Counted from the stretch's first letter, positions 1 to 13,849 are shown. The stretch is DNA of 64,000 nucleotides from Octopus vulgaris (GCA_951406725.2 OX597817.1:146382001-146446000); one strand, 5' to 3'. Notes: a model not told the origin generated them from the sequence alone. A program made the numbers and translations.

Positions 1-198
1 ACGACCACTTCATCTTATTTTCTAGATCAGTATATCTAAAAACCACATTATTAGCCAATGTGTTCTTTCTTTATGGCAATAAGTGATATAGACCGAAGGG
101 TGTGATTTGAAGTCAATTTGGTTGCTATTTCCTGCAGGTTTAACAGCCATTTTGAAAGCTTAATGATGATAATAGAAGTAATGCTCCTGAGATTCATG

Positions 199-440
199 TT
201 ATGACTGGTAGTGGTGATGAAGAGGGTGATGGTGGTGGTGGTGGTGATGGTGGTGGTGGAGTGTTGTTATTGTTGTTGTTGTTACGGTGGTGCTGGTGGT
301 GGGGATTGTTGTAGCTGTGATGGTAGTGGTAGTGATGCTGATGGTGGTGATGCTGATGGTGGTGGTGATAGTCGTGGTGGAGGTGGTGGAGTTGATGATG
401 CTGGTGGCAGTGGTGGTGCTGCTACTATGGCAGCTGTGAC
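199..440. repeat. (GGT/GAT/GTT)n compound trinucleotide microsatellite
   Basis: Visible directly; explains the poly-T/poly-V ORFs at 199-864. Confidence 0.95.
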
Positions 441-772
441 TGCTGCTAATGAAAAACAATTACGAGCTACATGTTTTCTTTTTTTCCTTGGATTAAATGG
501 AATTAACCAAACAAATACGTTAGTTTCTATTCTTATTGTTTTGGTAAACATGATATTCCTGTTGGGCAACAGTGATGATAGTAATCAGAGTAACAACATG
601 TACAAGCAGCAAGCTCAGAGACAAAGGTATCCATTATTTGTGTTGGCAGAAATGATTATTGTGACACAAAGGTATCTGTCTACTGGTTTATGGATTAAGA
701 ATTCATATCCTACCACAGATATGTTTCTTTGTGTGATTGTGGCAAGACACTTCCTTCTACAGACCTCAATAT

Positions 773-1190
773 ACCTATTTCTTTACAACCCACAAGGGGC
801 TAAACACAGAGTAGACAAACAAGGACAGACAAAGAGATTAAGTCAATTACATCAACCCCAGTGAGTAACTGGTGCTTATTTAATCGACCCTGAAAGGATG
901 AAAGGCAAAGTCAACATCGGCGGAATTCGAACTCAACGTAAAGACAGACGAAATACCAACTTCTTTACTGCCCACAAGGGGCTAAACACAGAGTGGACAA
1001 ACAAAGACAGACAAACAGATTAAGTCGATTATATCAACCACCAGTGCATAACTGGTACTTATTTAATCAACCCTGAAAGGATGAAAGCCAAAGTCGACCT
1101 CGGCGGAATTTGAACTCAGAACATAGTGACAGACGAAATACTGCAAAGCATTTCGCCTGGCATGCTAACATTTCTGCCAGCTTGCCACCT
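773..1190 (-). mobile_element. tRNA-headed SINE, family B (Meta-domain-like core), tandem dimer
   Basis: Minus strand has head GGCAAGCTGGCAGAA, B-box GAGTTCAAATTCC and core GACTTTG(C/G)CTTTCATCCTTTCAGGGT(C/T)GAT. The body is duplicated (773-958, 961-1190). Other copies at 22312-22715, 44303-44537, 56737-56955, 58440-58665, 60105-60555. Confidence 0.85.
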
Positions 1191-1346
1191 TTACATACCT
1201 CAATATACCAAGATAGGAAAAATTACTTGTGTATGATGTATTTTGCTGTGTGTCTAGTCCAACAGTTCTCAAACGTGGCTTCCAGAGCTGCATCCAGCCT
1301 TCAAGCATTCTTCTGGTTGTCCTTGGTGGTTTTCCCTCTGTAAATA

Positions 1347-1582
1347 CACGATGGCCCAAAAGTAGGTTTACAGTTAATCATATAGGCACTTTAAATTTCT
1401 TTTAAAACATTTTATTACATTTAAATTTCTATCTTAAAAACTGAAAAGGGAGCTTGACAAAATTAACTAAATTAGCATAGAATAATGGCTTCATATTTTT
1501 TGATAATTAAGATCTAAACTGTTGATACATGAATGCGAAAGAGATAGTTGAATAACTGTAAACCTTCTTTTGGGCCACCCTG
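1347..1582. mobile_element. Tc1/mariner-type MITE
   Basis: About 30-bp TIRs: cacgatggcccaaaagtaggtttacagtta and revcomp cagggtggcccaaaagaaggtttacagtta; TA on the left flank. Confidence 0.8.
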
Positions 1583-1709
1583 CTGCAGTATGGCTGCAGT
1601 CAAATGACTGAAACAAATAAAGCAAAATGTTTTTTGATGTAGCCCCCTGAAAAAAAATCCAGGTTTTGGAACTGGTCCAGATATTAAAAAGTGGGACCCA
1701 CTGGTTCAG

Positions 1710-1935
1710 CCCTTTAGCATTCAAACTGGTCATATCCAGCCCAAATATTCTACCTGTTTTAAGTTCAAGTTGGCCAGATCTGGTTTCATAACATCTACCA
1801 TTCAATGTAATTTTGAAAATAAACAATCATAATGTTAAAATGTCAAAGCTTATGAGATAATGAGTAATTATTTCCAAACAATGTGAACAAATAAGCATTA
1901 AATTTAACTGTATAATCTGAATGTTAGAGGGTTAA
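1710..1935. mobile_element. piggyBac-type MITE (same family as 42959-43178, opposite orientation)
   Basis: Starts ccctttagcattc and ends agagggg-ttaa; internal sequence matches the 42959-43178 copy. Further partial copies at about 23061-23700 (interrupted) and 54405-54570. Confidence 0.75.
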
Positions 1936-4024
1936 ACAAAGCAGTTCTACCTGCTTCAGTTTACCTTACTGGAGAAGAAGATACAATGATCCTTCTAGGG
2001 AATGTTACCTGTGTATGATAATGGCAACATCATTGTAGAAGAAGACAAGTTCCTCTTTCAGTTACCTTCACAAAAGCTGAGTTAAAGCACACAGGCTTTA
2101 TGAATCTCTGACATTAATGAAAGGATTCACTTTATTGTCAAGGCTTCGAATTGTATTGTTATTGTAAAAACACACTGACTCAATAGTTGAAGAGAATTTT
2201 TTGAAAAAACTATTCAAAAATAGAAAGGTCACAGAAATAACTCTACCATTAGTTATACTGACAGTGGTAGAAGTCATGGCTGCAGTAGTGAGGAGTGTTT
2301 TTACAGCTCAGATGGTTGTCATAGAAACGTTAATGGAGACAGATGATGTCAGAAGAAAACAGGGGGTGATTAAGTGAACAATAAACTGACAGAAGGCAAT
2401 ATTTAAGCTGTTTTAGAAATGGCTTTTTTCTTGTTCATCAATTTTTTTTCCCTTTGTTAGCAGAACATCTTGCAAACAGACAAAGAACTGAAGCATTATA
2501 ATCTCCCTTTATTGATAAGATTTACCAAATAAGCATATTCTGTCTTCAGTTAAATTTAAATTTTATTAGCCAAGTGTTTTTTTTTTGTTTTTTTTTCAAA
2601 AATGCATTCATTCATAATTTATTCTCAAAGGAAAGAAGAGTAATGCATACATAACGTTATAAAGATTATTCTGTTCTGTTTATTTATTAATATATTTTTT
2701 TTAATGCAACCTTGTACAATTAATGATGGATGGGACTGCTTTGAAGATTCAGATGTGCAATTGTAACAATTATTGATTAGAGAGGCTGCATGATATAGAG
2801 AGGAAGGAGAAAACTTCTAAAGGAGTTTCATGGAATGTCTTTGTTGGCACTGGATATCATCTATAACTCTTGGATGGAACTGAATAATTTGAACGGCAAT
2901 GAAAGAGAAGGAGAGAGTGAGAAAGAGAGAGAAAAAAAGAGATACAGAGCATGTGTAGGAGAGAGAGGGAAAGAAGGAGGAGTAGGAAGGAGGGAGAGGG
3001 AGGGAGAGAGTGTGAATGTGTGAATGGAGTGTCTCAACATCAGTTTTAGGTCATATACTGAAGATTAGGTCTGTCAGGGAAGGTTGTACAATACTCTCTT
3101 CTCTCACCCACTGCCAGAAAATATATACAATTGCCTGTTTTTATTAATTTATGCAATGTTTTGATTGAAGTGTGGAATAGTTTCGCTGGTGAATGGAATA
3201 TATATATATACATAAGAGCTGCTTTGCACAATATGTCTGTCTGCTGGTGTTGAGTGGAAAATTTTAGGTGATAAAAAATAAAATGTAGGTTACTGCTATA
3301 AAGTATTTTGGCTGTTGTAGAAATTATTTTGATTGAAGTATGGAATATACACCTTGAAGTATGGAGTAAGTTAGTGAATGCATGTAATAACATGTGTTTT
3401 GGTGGATTCAAGTTAAATTTTACTTCATGTGGGCAACATTTTTCTCATAATCTTTTAGTCCTCATTTTGTTTTGATTTCAAACAGCCATGTTGTGGTTCA
3501 AGGAATATTTTGATTGAAGTCAAGAATATTTTCACTGATGTAAGGAAGTGAGTCAGCAGAAAAATACTAAAATGCTAAATACAAGAATTGGCTGTATTTA
3601 AATTAATTGTTTCCAATTTTTTATTCCTTCATTTCTTTTACTGGTTTCAGCCATTGGACTGTGGTCATGGTGGATTTGGTACTTATCTTATTGATATATA
3701 TTTGTTGAACTGCTAAGTCACAAGACATAAAGAGACATAACATAAATAATGCTGGCTTTCAGACCAGTGTAAATATAATCACACACACACACACACACAC
3801 AAATATGGGCTTCTTTTAGTTTCCATCAACCAAATCCACTCACAAGGTTTGCTCAGATCAGCACAGACATGAAAACATTTGACCAAGGTGGTACATAGTG
3901 GGATTGAACCGAAAACTATGTGGTTTGGAAGTGAAATTCTTAACCACACAACCATGACTCTCTCTCTCTCTTTCTTCCTAACTGTATCTATGTCTATCTA
4001 TCTGTTTGTCTGCCTGTCTATCTA

Positions 4025-4056
<32 letters not shown>

Positions 4057-4404
4057 TTTATCTATCTATCATCATCATCACCATTGTCATCATCAAAAAC
4101 CTGGTGTGTATGTGTACGTAATGGGTTTCTGTACCATTTTCATCTTCTAAAATTCCATTCTGTGATAACACTGAAGTTGTACTAGAAGTACTCACTCAAG
4201 CTTCTACTTACTGGGATTGAACCCAGAACCATGTTGTTGTAATACAAACTTCTTAACCACAAAGCCATACCTGTATCTATAAGAAAACACACATAAATGA
4301 GGTTCAAATACTGAATATACCAAGGAACCTGGTGCAGCTCTCCAGATTTCCTATCTGCTGTCAAACTTGTCCAACCCATGCCAGCATGTAAGACATGCTA
4401 AATT

Positions 4405-4510
4405 AAGATGATGATGATGATGATGATGATGATGACAACGACGACGACGGCGGCAGCAGCAGCAGTGGTAGTGGTTGTGGTGGTGGCAGTGGTGGTTGTG
4501 GTGGTTGTGG

Positions 4511-4547
<37 letters not shown>

Positions 4548-4670
4548 GGTGGTGGTGGTGGTTGTTGTGGTGGTGGTGGTTGTGCTAGTCGAGGTTGTTG
4601 TTGTTGTTGTGGTGGTGGTGGTGATGGTGGTGGTGGCAGCGGTGGCAGTGGCGGCAGCAGTGGTGATGGG
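4405..4670. repeat. (GAT)n/(GTT)n/(GGT)n microsatellite
   Basis: Visible directly; source of the poly-M/V/T ORFs. Confidence 0.95.
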
Positions 4671-5827
4671 GCAGTTAGGATTTTTTAAAATTGTTTTTTT
4701 TATTGTTTTGGCATGTAGCAAGTGGTTAGGGTGTTGCATTCATGAGTGTAAGACTATGGTTTCAACTCTCAGACCAGGTGGTCTATGAGCCAAAAGCAAG
4801 GCACTTCATTTCATGTTGCTCCAGTTCACTCACCTGTAAATGAGAAGCCCTGCAACAGACTGACTTCCCATTCAGGTGGAGTGTTGTTATCTTACATATT
4901 TGCCAAGGAAACTGGGTAGCCAGCTCCATGATTCCTAGGACATGAGACAGTGATGTCCAGGGGTTAAATGACAATGAAGGTAGTTCACATGACTTTCCAC
5001 AGAGTCTCTGAGATTGGAGGGAAGGAGGAAGGAAGGTATCCTTGAGCCAGAAGCATCATCATCATCATCATTTTTATCATCATCATCATTGTTATCATCG
5101 ACATCATTTAACATCCATTTCCCACGCTGGCATGGGTTGGTCAGTTTGACAGGAGCTCGCAAGGTCAGCAGCCATATTGGTCTCCATTGTCTGTTTTGGC
5201 ATGGCTTCTACAGCTGGATGACCTTCCGAATGCCAGAGTTTACTAGGTGTTTTCCATGTGGCATCAGCACCAGTGTTTTTCACATGGAACCATCACTGAC
5301 AGGGTCAGGCACCCAAAGTGCCAAGTGGTGGTGTTAAACTGGGCAACAGATTAAATTTACCACCCACGTAGGCCATGGTAGGATTTTAATATCGGAACAC
5401 AAAAACCCAGAACAAATACCACAAGGTATTCTCACTCGTGTTATTATACTGTTCCCCCAATCAACCACCCTAGAGTGCAATATTTTTCTTTATCAGCGCT
5501 AAAAAGATGAATGCTAAGGTTGATCTGAGCAGGATTTGAACTCAGTATGCAACGACACAGAATAAATACTGCAGGGCATCCAAAACCAAATTTCTTACAG
5601 TTCTGCCTATCCATTTCCTGGATTAAAATTTTAAGTTGAAAGACAATGTTGACCTAGCAGGAATTGAGCTAGGAACCCAAGGAGCCAGAACAAATACTGT
5701 AATTCACCAAGTCTTACAGCTCTATCTATCCACTTCCATTGTTCTGGATTAGTATTTTTTTGGCAACTTCAAAAGACAAAGTTGCTCTCAGCAGGATTTG
5801 AACTCTGAGTACCAAGTTTCAAAATAT

Positions 5828-6276
5828 ACTCTTTACTCTTTTACTCTTTTACTCTTTTACTTGTTTCAGTCATTTTGACTGTGGCCATGCTGGAGCACCA
5901 CCTTTAGTCGAGCAAATCGACCCCAGGACTTATTCTTTTGTAAGCCTAGTACTTATTCTATCGGTTGCTTTTGCTGAACCGCTAAGTTACGGGGACGTAA
6001 ACACACCACCATCGGTTGTCAAGTGATGTTGGGTGGGAAACAAACACAGACATAAACACACACACACACACACATATATATATATCATCATCATCAACAT
6101 CATCATCGTTTAACATCTGCTTTCCATGCTAGCATGGGTTGGATGATTTTGACTGAGGGCTGGGCGAACCAGATGGCTGCACCAGGCTCTAATCTTGATC
6201 TGACAGAGTTTCTACAGCTGGATGCCCTTCCAAACGCCAACCACTCCGAGAGTGTAGTGGATGCTTTTTATGTGCC

Positions 6277-6307
<31 letters not shown>

Positions 6308-6475
6308 TATATGACGGGCTTCTTTCAGTTTCCATCTACCAAATCCACTCACAAGGCTTTGGTTGGCCTGAGGCTATAGTAGAAGACACCTGCCCAAGTT
6401 GCCACACAGTGGGAATGAACCCGGAACCATGTGGTTGGTAAGCAAGCTACTAACCACACAGCCACTCCTGCACCT
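5828..6475 (-). mobile_element. tRNA-headed SINE, family A, with a nested RTE-type LINE 3' tail (about 6085-6275)
   Basis: Minus-strand head GCAGGAGTGGCTGTGTGGTTAG...GGGTTCATTCCC, internal (TA)n/(TG)n, tail (AAAAGAGT)n. Near-identical copies at 13395-14080(+), 14105-14500(-), 21705-22150(-), 42113-42500(-), 53850-54175(+), 61410-61835(-). Confidence 0.9.
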
Positions 6476-7094
6476 ATACATACTACAATCATTTTCTTTC
6501 TAATGCTCGAGCAACTCTTCTGATTTGTCAAGTTGGTAAATTCTTTTAGCAAGGCAAGATACTTTAGAATTTGATGTGAACCTACTGACATCTTACAGAG
6601 GTTAGAGATTGAAAAAGATGGAAGCAGATTAAAGAGCAGCTAGTAGTAGAACTGCAAGCTCTGTAAGGAAAAAGAAATTTTTTCAGTAATGCAAAAGATA
6701 AAAACTACATGAGTTTTGCATAAGAAGTATGGTACTATACGACAATGAAATATGAGCAGTCATTTTAGAAAATTTATAAAGATTGGAATAGAACAAGTTT
6801 TAGAGGATCCTTTGGATACAAAATTGTTGATTTATGTGAAAAGCTGAGAGCAAATGACTTGTTAAAGCAACCTGACCTCAAAGGCATTTTCTGAGGTATA
6901 CAAGAGTGATAATTACGTTGGTATGAACATGTGATGTGAATAGAAGAAGAAGGTGGATGCTGGGGAGGGATTTGCATTAAATAATGGAAAACCGAAATGT
7001 GTTGGGCTTCGCAGATAATATCACATAGGATCATGACATCTTGTCAAACCTTCCTAGTTTGGTGTCAGCATGGAACAAGAAAAAAAATGGATAT

Positions 7095-7530
7095 TGATGA
7101 TGGTAATGGTGGTAGTGGTGGTGACGGGGGTGATGTTGTGATGATGGTGGTGGTGGTGGTGGTGGTGGTGGTGGTGGCTGTAGTGGTGGTGGTGATGGTG
7201 TTTGTGGTAGTGATAGTGGCTAAGATGACGGAAAGGAGCAGGAAGAAGGCAATGAATATGATGGTGGTGGTGGTGGTGGTGGTGGTGGTGGTGGTTGTAG
7301 TGTTGGTGGTGTTTGTGGTGGTGGTGGTGGTTGTGATGGTGGTTGTGGTAGTGATAGTGGTCAAGATGATGGAAAGGAGCAGGAAGAAGGCGATGATGAT
7401 GATGATGATGATGATGGTTGTGGTGATGGTATTTGTAGCGGTGGTAGTGGTCAAGATGATGAAAAGAAGGAAGAAGGCAATGATGATGAGATGATGATGA
7501 TGGCCCAGATGATGGCAGTGGTGGTGGTTA
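7095..7530. repeat. Higher-order (GGT/GAT)n repeat with a thrice-repeated AAGATGATGGAAAGGAGCAGGAAGAAGGC-like unit
   Basis: Unit seen at about 7222, 7363 and 7453. Confidence 0.85.
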
Positions 7531-8308
7531 CGAGGAGGGGAAGATCATGATACCTATGCCAAAGCACTTCTAACAATGACATGTAAGACCAACAATATAT
7601 TTGCCTGTATCTTATCTAAATCGAAAGAAAATACTTATTTCCATCCACCGATTTACTTTTACTGATTTACTTTGGAAAGAGAGAAAAAGGGGCGTTGCTT
7701 TAGTGTTTGGTTTATAATATAATTTTTGGAAGAAGCAAATCTTAGCATCTTCCATTCTTTTATTATACCTTTCATGTCACTCGAGTCTTGCACCAATCTT
7801 AGGTCTTAAAAGTTCGAAAATAGATTGAAATTGAGCAATGGCGCAGGCATGGCTGAGCGGTTAAGACCCTTGCTTTGCAACCATGTGGTTTCAGGTTCAG
7901 TCCCACTGCGCTGCAACTTGGGTAAGTATCTTTTATTATAACCCTGGGCCAAAGAATGCCTTGTGAGTGTGGAAACATGTTGTGTGTGTGTTAATGTATA
8001 TGTACATATATATGTCTGAGTGTTGATGTATATATACATATATAAGTACATATATATCATCATCATCATCATGATTTAATGTCCACTTTCCATACTGGCA
8101 TAGGTTCGATGGTTTGACTGGAACTGGTAAGCCAGAAGGCTGCACCAGGTTCCAGTCTGATTTGGTATGGTTTCTATGGCTGGATGCCCTTCCTAATGCC
8201 AGCCAATCCAGGAGTATAAATGGTACTTTTATGTGTCACCAGCATGGGTGCCATTTACATGACACCAGCAAGGCAACAACTATGATTTCATGGGGGGCAT
8301 TTACATAT

Positions 8309-8356
<48 letters not shown>

Positions 8357-9154
8357 TATCATCCTCATCCTCCTCCTCATCATCCTCGTTTAACATCCGC
8401 TTTCCATGCTAGCATGGGTTGGATGATTTGACTGAGGACTGGTGAACCAGATGGCTGCACCAGACTCCAATCTAATCTGGCAGAGTTTCTACAGCTGGAT
8501 GCCCTTCATAATGCCAACCACTCCCAGAATGTGGTGGGTGCTTTTACATGCTACCAGCACGAGAGCCAGTCAGGTGGTACTGGGAACGGCCATGCTCAAA
8601 TGGTGCTTTTTACGTGCCACCAGCACGGAAGCCAGTTAGCTGCTCTGGCAATGATCATGCTCAGATGGTGCTCTTAACGCTCCACCAGCATGGATGCCAA
8701 TCATCAAATTTGATTTCGATTTCAATTCCGATTTCACTTGCCTCATAACAAAAGAGGGAGCGGGGGTTCGATGCAGGAAAAAATATAGGCAAATTTGTTG
8801 TTGAAAATGCACCTAAATTTGAAAAACTTGTAATTGTTTAAGATAAATGTATTTACATATATACCAAGCTAGTTTCAAATTTAGAATTATGAATTAGAAA
8901 AAAATTTTTAAATAAACAGAGAGAGAATAAAAAAACGCGTGGATTTAGTGATCAAGCATGGTGATATTAAAAACGGAGAAGGCTGATTTATGGGATTACC
9001 TTAGGTTTCCCATCCATAAAGGGTTTAGCTTTATGGCGTTTTGTCAGATCCCAAAACCCTGTTGGCCCATGACCATATAGAAAGATAAGATAAATAGATA
9101 GATAGATAAATATTTGTATATATGTATAATATTTGTATATATAATATATATATA

Positions 9155-12075
9155 TAGGGTTATGACTTTTTCACAATCTAATAACCCTATACTGCAATTC
9201 AATGAATAATTTCATAAAAGTGAGAAAACTAACAGTTATTTTGCTTCATTTGAAAAACAAGTCACCCCCAACTGAAGAAATCGATCATCCCTTTTGACCC
9301 AAATCATGCAAAATTCTAGCAGGGTTCATAACACCTGCTCAAGTTTTTACCAACGTTGGTGTGCTGACTCAATGCAATGCAGAAATAGTATATCTGGAAT
9401 TTCAGCTTTCTAGTTGAAGTAGTTTTGGAGTTATGGGCTTTTAAATCTATAATCTTTAGATTCACCTTTCAGTATTTCTGCTGCCTAAATCCTTGCAAAC
9501 AGAAGAGAGATGTGGAATAAAAGTGTATTTATACATTTTTAAGATTACTGAATTGAAATTACCCTGTGCAAAGGTTCAAAACTAGGCTATTTTAAGACAG
9601 AGGCCACTACAAGCATTCAATAACATACAAAATTAAAAACAATACATATTTTTAACTTTATAGGTTTAACTCCAATTTTAAATAACTGTATATGAAAAAG
9701 GGAGCTGAGTGTTAGCAAATTTTTTAACATAAAGAATTAATCTGTTTTGTTAGATAAAATAAATCGGAGCTGAAGTTTCTCCTTTTTACAAACATCATAA
9801 AGATCTTGAAGGCACTTGATTGCCTGTTCTGCACTCTGATTTTTTCTGGGAATTTCCAGTTTTTATGGGGTTTTTTTTTACAGAATTCAATGCTTTTTTA
9901 TGAACTTGCAGGTTGCCACATAACTTCTGATAATCACGTGCATTGAACATTTGGTCAGTAAAACAAAAATCTGCCCAGCTGTAAGAGATGAATCAACAAA
10001 TATTGAGAAGCAAAACTCTTTTCTCTGGTAGAAGAATAAATGCCAAAAGAGCTGGTATTGCTCAAGAATTCCATCTTGCATTACTTAAATTGGGTATTTT
10101 TTGAAACTTTACAGTAGGAAAGAAATGAAAAACTTTGGTCAAATGAAATAGAAATTTCATGTCATCTCGCCATCCTGCTGATTAAGTAGTCTTTTCTTCA
10201 CCAATGTTGAAATTAGCCTGGAGTTCCTTGTAATTACTTGGAAGCTGTGGTATGAATGTATATTCAATATTGAGAGATGACTCTTTTTCTCCAAGTTTAT
10301 TATACATTACAGCATGAAGAACTCTATCAAGGATATGATACTGACAACCAATAAACTGTGGTTCTTTCAAACCCTTTTGAGCAGTCTTTGCAACTGAATT
10401 GCAATGCCATTTCTTTTCTCAGTGTTCACACCTGTTGTATCAGTCACAATCATCCTTACACAGTTCCATAAATTGTATTCATCTAAAACTGCTGTTATTC
10501 CTTTCACAACAGTATTGGCTTTTCCCTTTGGAATTGGAGTGCTTCTAACTTAACTTCTCCCTGTTCATTCTTTAAAACTAGCACTTGGTATTCTTGGTCA
10601 TCAATACGTTTACCATCAAAATGCAATGATCAGTTTTCTAAATGTAGTGTTTTCATCATCTTCTTTTTTAGTTTAACAGCTTTTTTTGATAGTCAATCGG
10701 TAATACCAGATTGGGAAGGAGTGTTGACATCGATTCCATTTTGAGATAATTGTTGACAAACTGTTGCTGCTTTTTGGAGTTGATAGCTTGGAAGATATTA
10801 CTGACTTGATTGCAGTTCCAGTTCTGGTGTTCTTCCTCTTTGTGTGGATTCTTCATCTGATTTTTTGGACTCTTGGTATTCACTTTCAGTTTCTGCTTCA
10901 GACGTTGATGATGACACTGGAGTTGCTCTGGTTGAAGTTGTCATTAAGGACAATTTTCTTCATTTGGATGGGTGGATAGTTTTGGAACTGTCTGCCTTTC
11001 CAGTTGCATACCCAACCTGTCCCTTGCTTTCAGTTTGAAGGTAATATAACCTTCTATCCTCATTGCACAGCCATTCCCTTTGTGGTGTCAAAAATTCCTT
11101 TCAATGAATCCTATTTTCCTTATTTTACACATTTATTGTAGGTATTCTACTATTGGTTGTACATTTTGAATTGATAAATATGAGAAATTTAATTTCTTTT
11201 GCCATAAAAAGTAACTTCTTTTGAAATTTCCTTTCTTCTTTCTTTCCTTCCCTTTATGGTACCTCCAAGAAACAGGTAGCGACTGACAATTTGAAGTTTT
11301 ATTGGTATCCTGCAGTTGTTTCCCAAAGAATGCTCTTCTAGAGGAACAAGTCTTCTTTTCTTGTGTGAGTCTTGAAATTGCATGAGATTCTTTGTCCAGA
11401 TTTTTTTTGTTTCTTTGAGTGACACAAGCACTTCTCTTCATCATCATCATCATCGGTTAACGTCCGCTTTCCATGCTAGCATGAGGTGGATGATTTGACT
11501 GAGGGCTGGTGAACCAGATGGCTGCACCAGGTTTCAATCTTGATCTGGCAGAGTTTCTACTGCTGGATGCCCTTCCTAATGCCAACCATTCCAAGAGTGT
11601 AGTGGGTGCTTTTATGTTCCACCGGCACAGGGCCATTCAGGTGGTACTGGCAACGAGCTCACACAAATCTTTTACTCTAGTTGGATAAACCCACTGTTCT
11701 AAAAAACAGCGTTTTTAATGTCACAGAAATTAAGAGGAGAGGAAGAGGATATTTCCTAAAGTAGGGCCTAAGTGGTAACAAATTAAAAACTCTGTAACTC
11801 TTAATCTACTTAGATCTGAAAGGTGAAATTTGAGATATACTGCTTCTGCATTGCATTAAGTCAGCACACCAAGTTTGGTAAAAAATCTTGTGTTGGCATT
11901 ATGAACCCCACTAGAATTTTGCAGGATTTGGGTCAAAAGTGGTGTTAAATTTCTTCAGTTGGGGTGATATTTTAAAAAAAAAACTTAAAATACAGGTTAT
12001 TTTCCTTATTTATATGAAATTGGTCATCAACTTTTGATACAGGAAATTATTTACTTCCAAAAAAGTCAAAATGTC
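9155..12075 (-). mobile_element. Decayed hATm-type DNA transposon with about 290-bp imperfect terminal inverted repeats
   Basis: Left end begins TAGGGT at 9155. 9155-9445 is the inverted counterpart of about 11785-12075 (e.g. caccccaactgaagaaat...ttttgacccaaatc vs gatttgggtcaaaag...atttcttcagttggggtg). The right tip is lost at a LINE-tail insertion, and another LINE tail is nested at about 11440-11670. Confidence 0.85.
9737..11430 (-). pseudogene. hATm-like transposase relic (stops and frameshifts)
   Basis: Translated pieces in order: SLHFDGKRIDDQEYQVLVLK, DTTGVNTEKRNG, IGCQYHILDRVL, WRDDMKFLFHL, ARWNS*AI, NQSAEQAIK. These match the HxDGK / DTTxxNT / CxHH / RDD / ARW / NxxAER motif series of hATm transposases. 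Confidence 0.85.
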
Positions 12076-12604
12076 ACATCATCATCATTGTTTAACGTCC
12101 GTTTTCCATGCTGGCATGGGTTGGACGGTTCGACCAGGGTCTGGAAGCCATGGAGGCTGCACCAGGCTCCAGTCTCATCTGGCAGTGTTTCTACAGCTGG
12201 ATGCCCTTCCTAACGGCAACCACTCCGTGAGTGTAGTGGGTGCTTTTTACATGCCACTGGCACAGGTGCCAGGCGAGCTTGGCAACGGCCACGATCGGTT
12301 GGTGTGTTTTACGTGCCACCGGCACAGAAGCCAGTCAAGGCAGCGCTGGCATCAGCCTGTCTATGTGTGTGTTTGTGTTTGAGTCTTGACAACCAGTGTT
12401 TGTTTTCTTAGCAGTTCAGTGTAGCAGTGACTCAAAACCTCAACCTCTGGATAATTGGTCAAATACCATGAGTGAGCCACCATAGTTTTATATGATTGGT
12501 TTATTTAGCAACCAATCAGCATGAGGCTGTGGCATGACAAAATTTTTCTTAAATGATTTAGAATTTGGCGCACAGCTTAGAGCACAGGTGGCTTTGAGTA
12601 GACA

Positions 12605-13030
12605 TCCACAGTCAAACCAATTCTACTATATGGCTCAGAAACCTGGATGTTATCAAAGAAGCTTGAGAGGTGGTTGGATGGAACTTACACTCGCCTCCTT
12701 ATGAGAGCTCAAAATCTCTCATGGAAGCGTCAACCAACCAAAGTACAAGTATATGGGAAATTACCACCTGTATCATCTCTTGTGAAAGGTAGAAGAGTCC
12801 AGTTTGCTGGACATTGTTGTAGAGGTGAAAACGAGGTAATTTCTACTCTTCTCCTCTGGAAACCATCTGCTCGTGATACCAGAGGGCACACACTCTCCTA
12901 CCCTAATGTAATCTCCAGGGATACAGGCATCCAGCAACAGGACCTCCGTAATGCTATGATGGACCGTAAGGTCTGGCGTAACATAGTAAATTCCATTGTC
13001 TCGGCCACGGTCGAACAATGATGATGATGA
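12605..13030 (+). mobile_element. 5'-truncated RTE-clade LINE (ORF C-terminus plus (ATG)n tail)
   Basis: LLYGSETWMLSKKLERWLDGTYTRLLMRAQNLSW...RRVQFAGHC...AMMDRKVWR, followed by a (TGA)n tail. Confidence 0.9.
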
Positions 13031-13743
13031 TATAGACATCCAAAGACCTCTGTCACTACAGAGCTTTGTGCAGATGTCTTCCTATATTTTTGAGCAGACT
13101 GCATCTTGTCAGACAGATAGATTTCTATAATTTCAGAGCAGTCTGTCTCTCTCTCCCAGTCAGCAAACATTTATGTTGTTCATTGTAAATAGCTAACACC
13201 TAATATCTTTATGTCCAGCAATAAATATTTCAGTTCAGTGTTTACAAGTGAGCTTCAGTTATTATTCACACAGTCAATGAAATATATCTTCATTTACTAG
13301 CTCCACATTGACAAGCAGTGTTTGTTTGTTTGAAACTTAGCAGTTCAATGAAAGAGACCAGTAGAACAAGTACCATACTTAAAAAAGATATAATGTGTGG
13401 CTGTGTGGTAAGAAGCTTCCTTCCCAACCACGTGGTTCCAGGTTCAGTCCCATTGCATGGCACCTTGACCAAGTGCTTTCTACTACAGCCTCAGGCTAAC
13501 CAAAGCCTTATGAGTGGATTTGGTAGATGTAAACTGGAAGAAGCCCCAGTCACTAAACCTTTTTTATTTTCTCTCCCTGTTTATTTCTGTTTCTTTCTGT
13601 CAAAGAAACGTAAAAGACTTTCTCACTTCCCAAGCATTAAACTAATACATCTGTTTGTTATTTACACACCTGTCTTCGTCTTTTGTTTTTTTGCAAATTC
13701 TCACTATACATATATATATGTATATATATATATATGTATATAC

Positions 13744-13849
<106 letters not shown>

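Noticed and set aside
199-864. 217-aa and other long ORFs (also 4398-4788, 6997-7494, 13318-13972, 15486-16443, 59872-60180)
   Set aside because: They are translations of microsatellites and SINE bodies.
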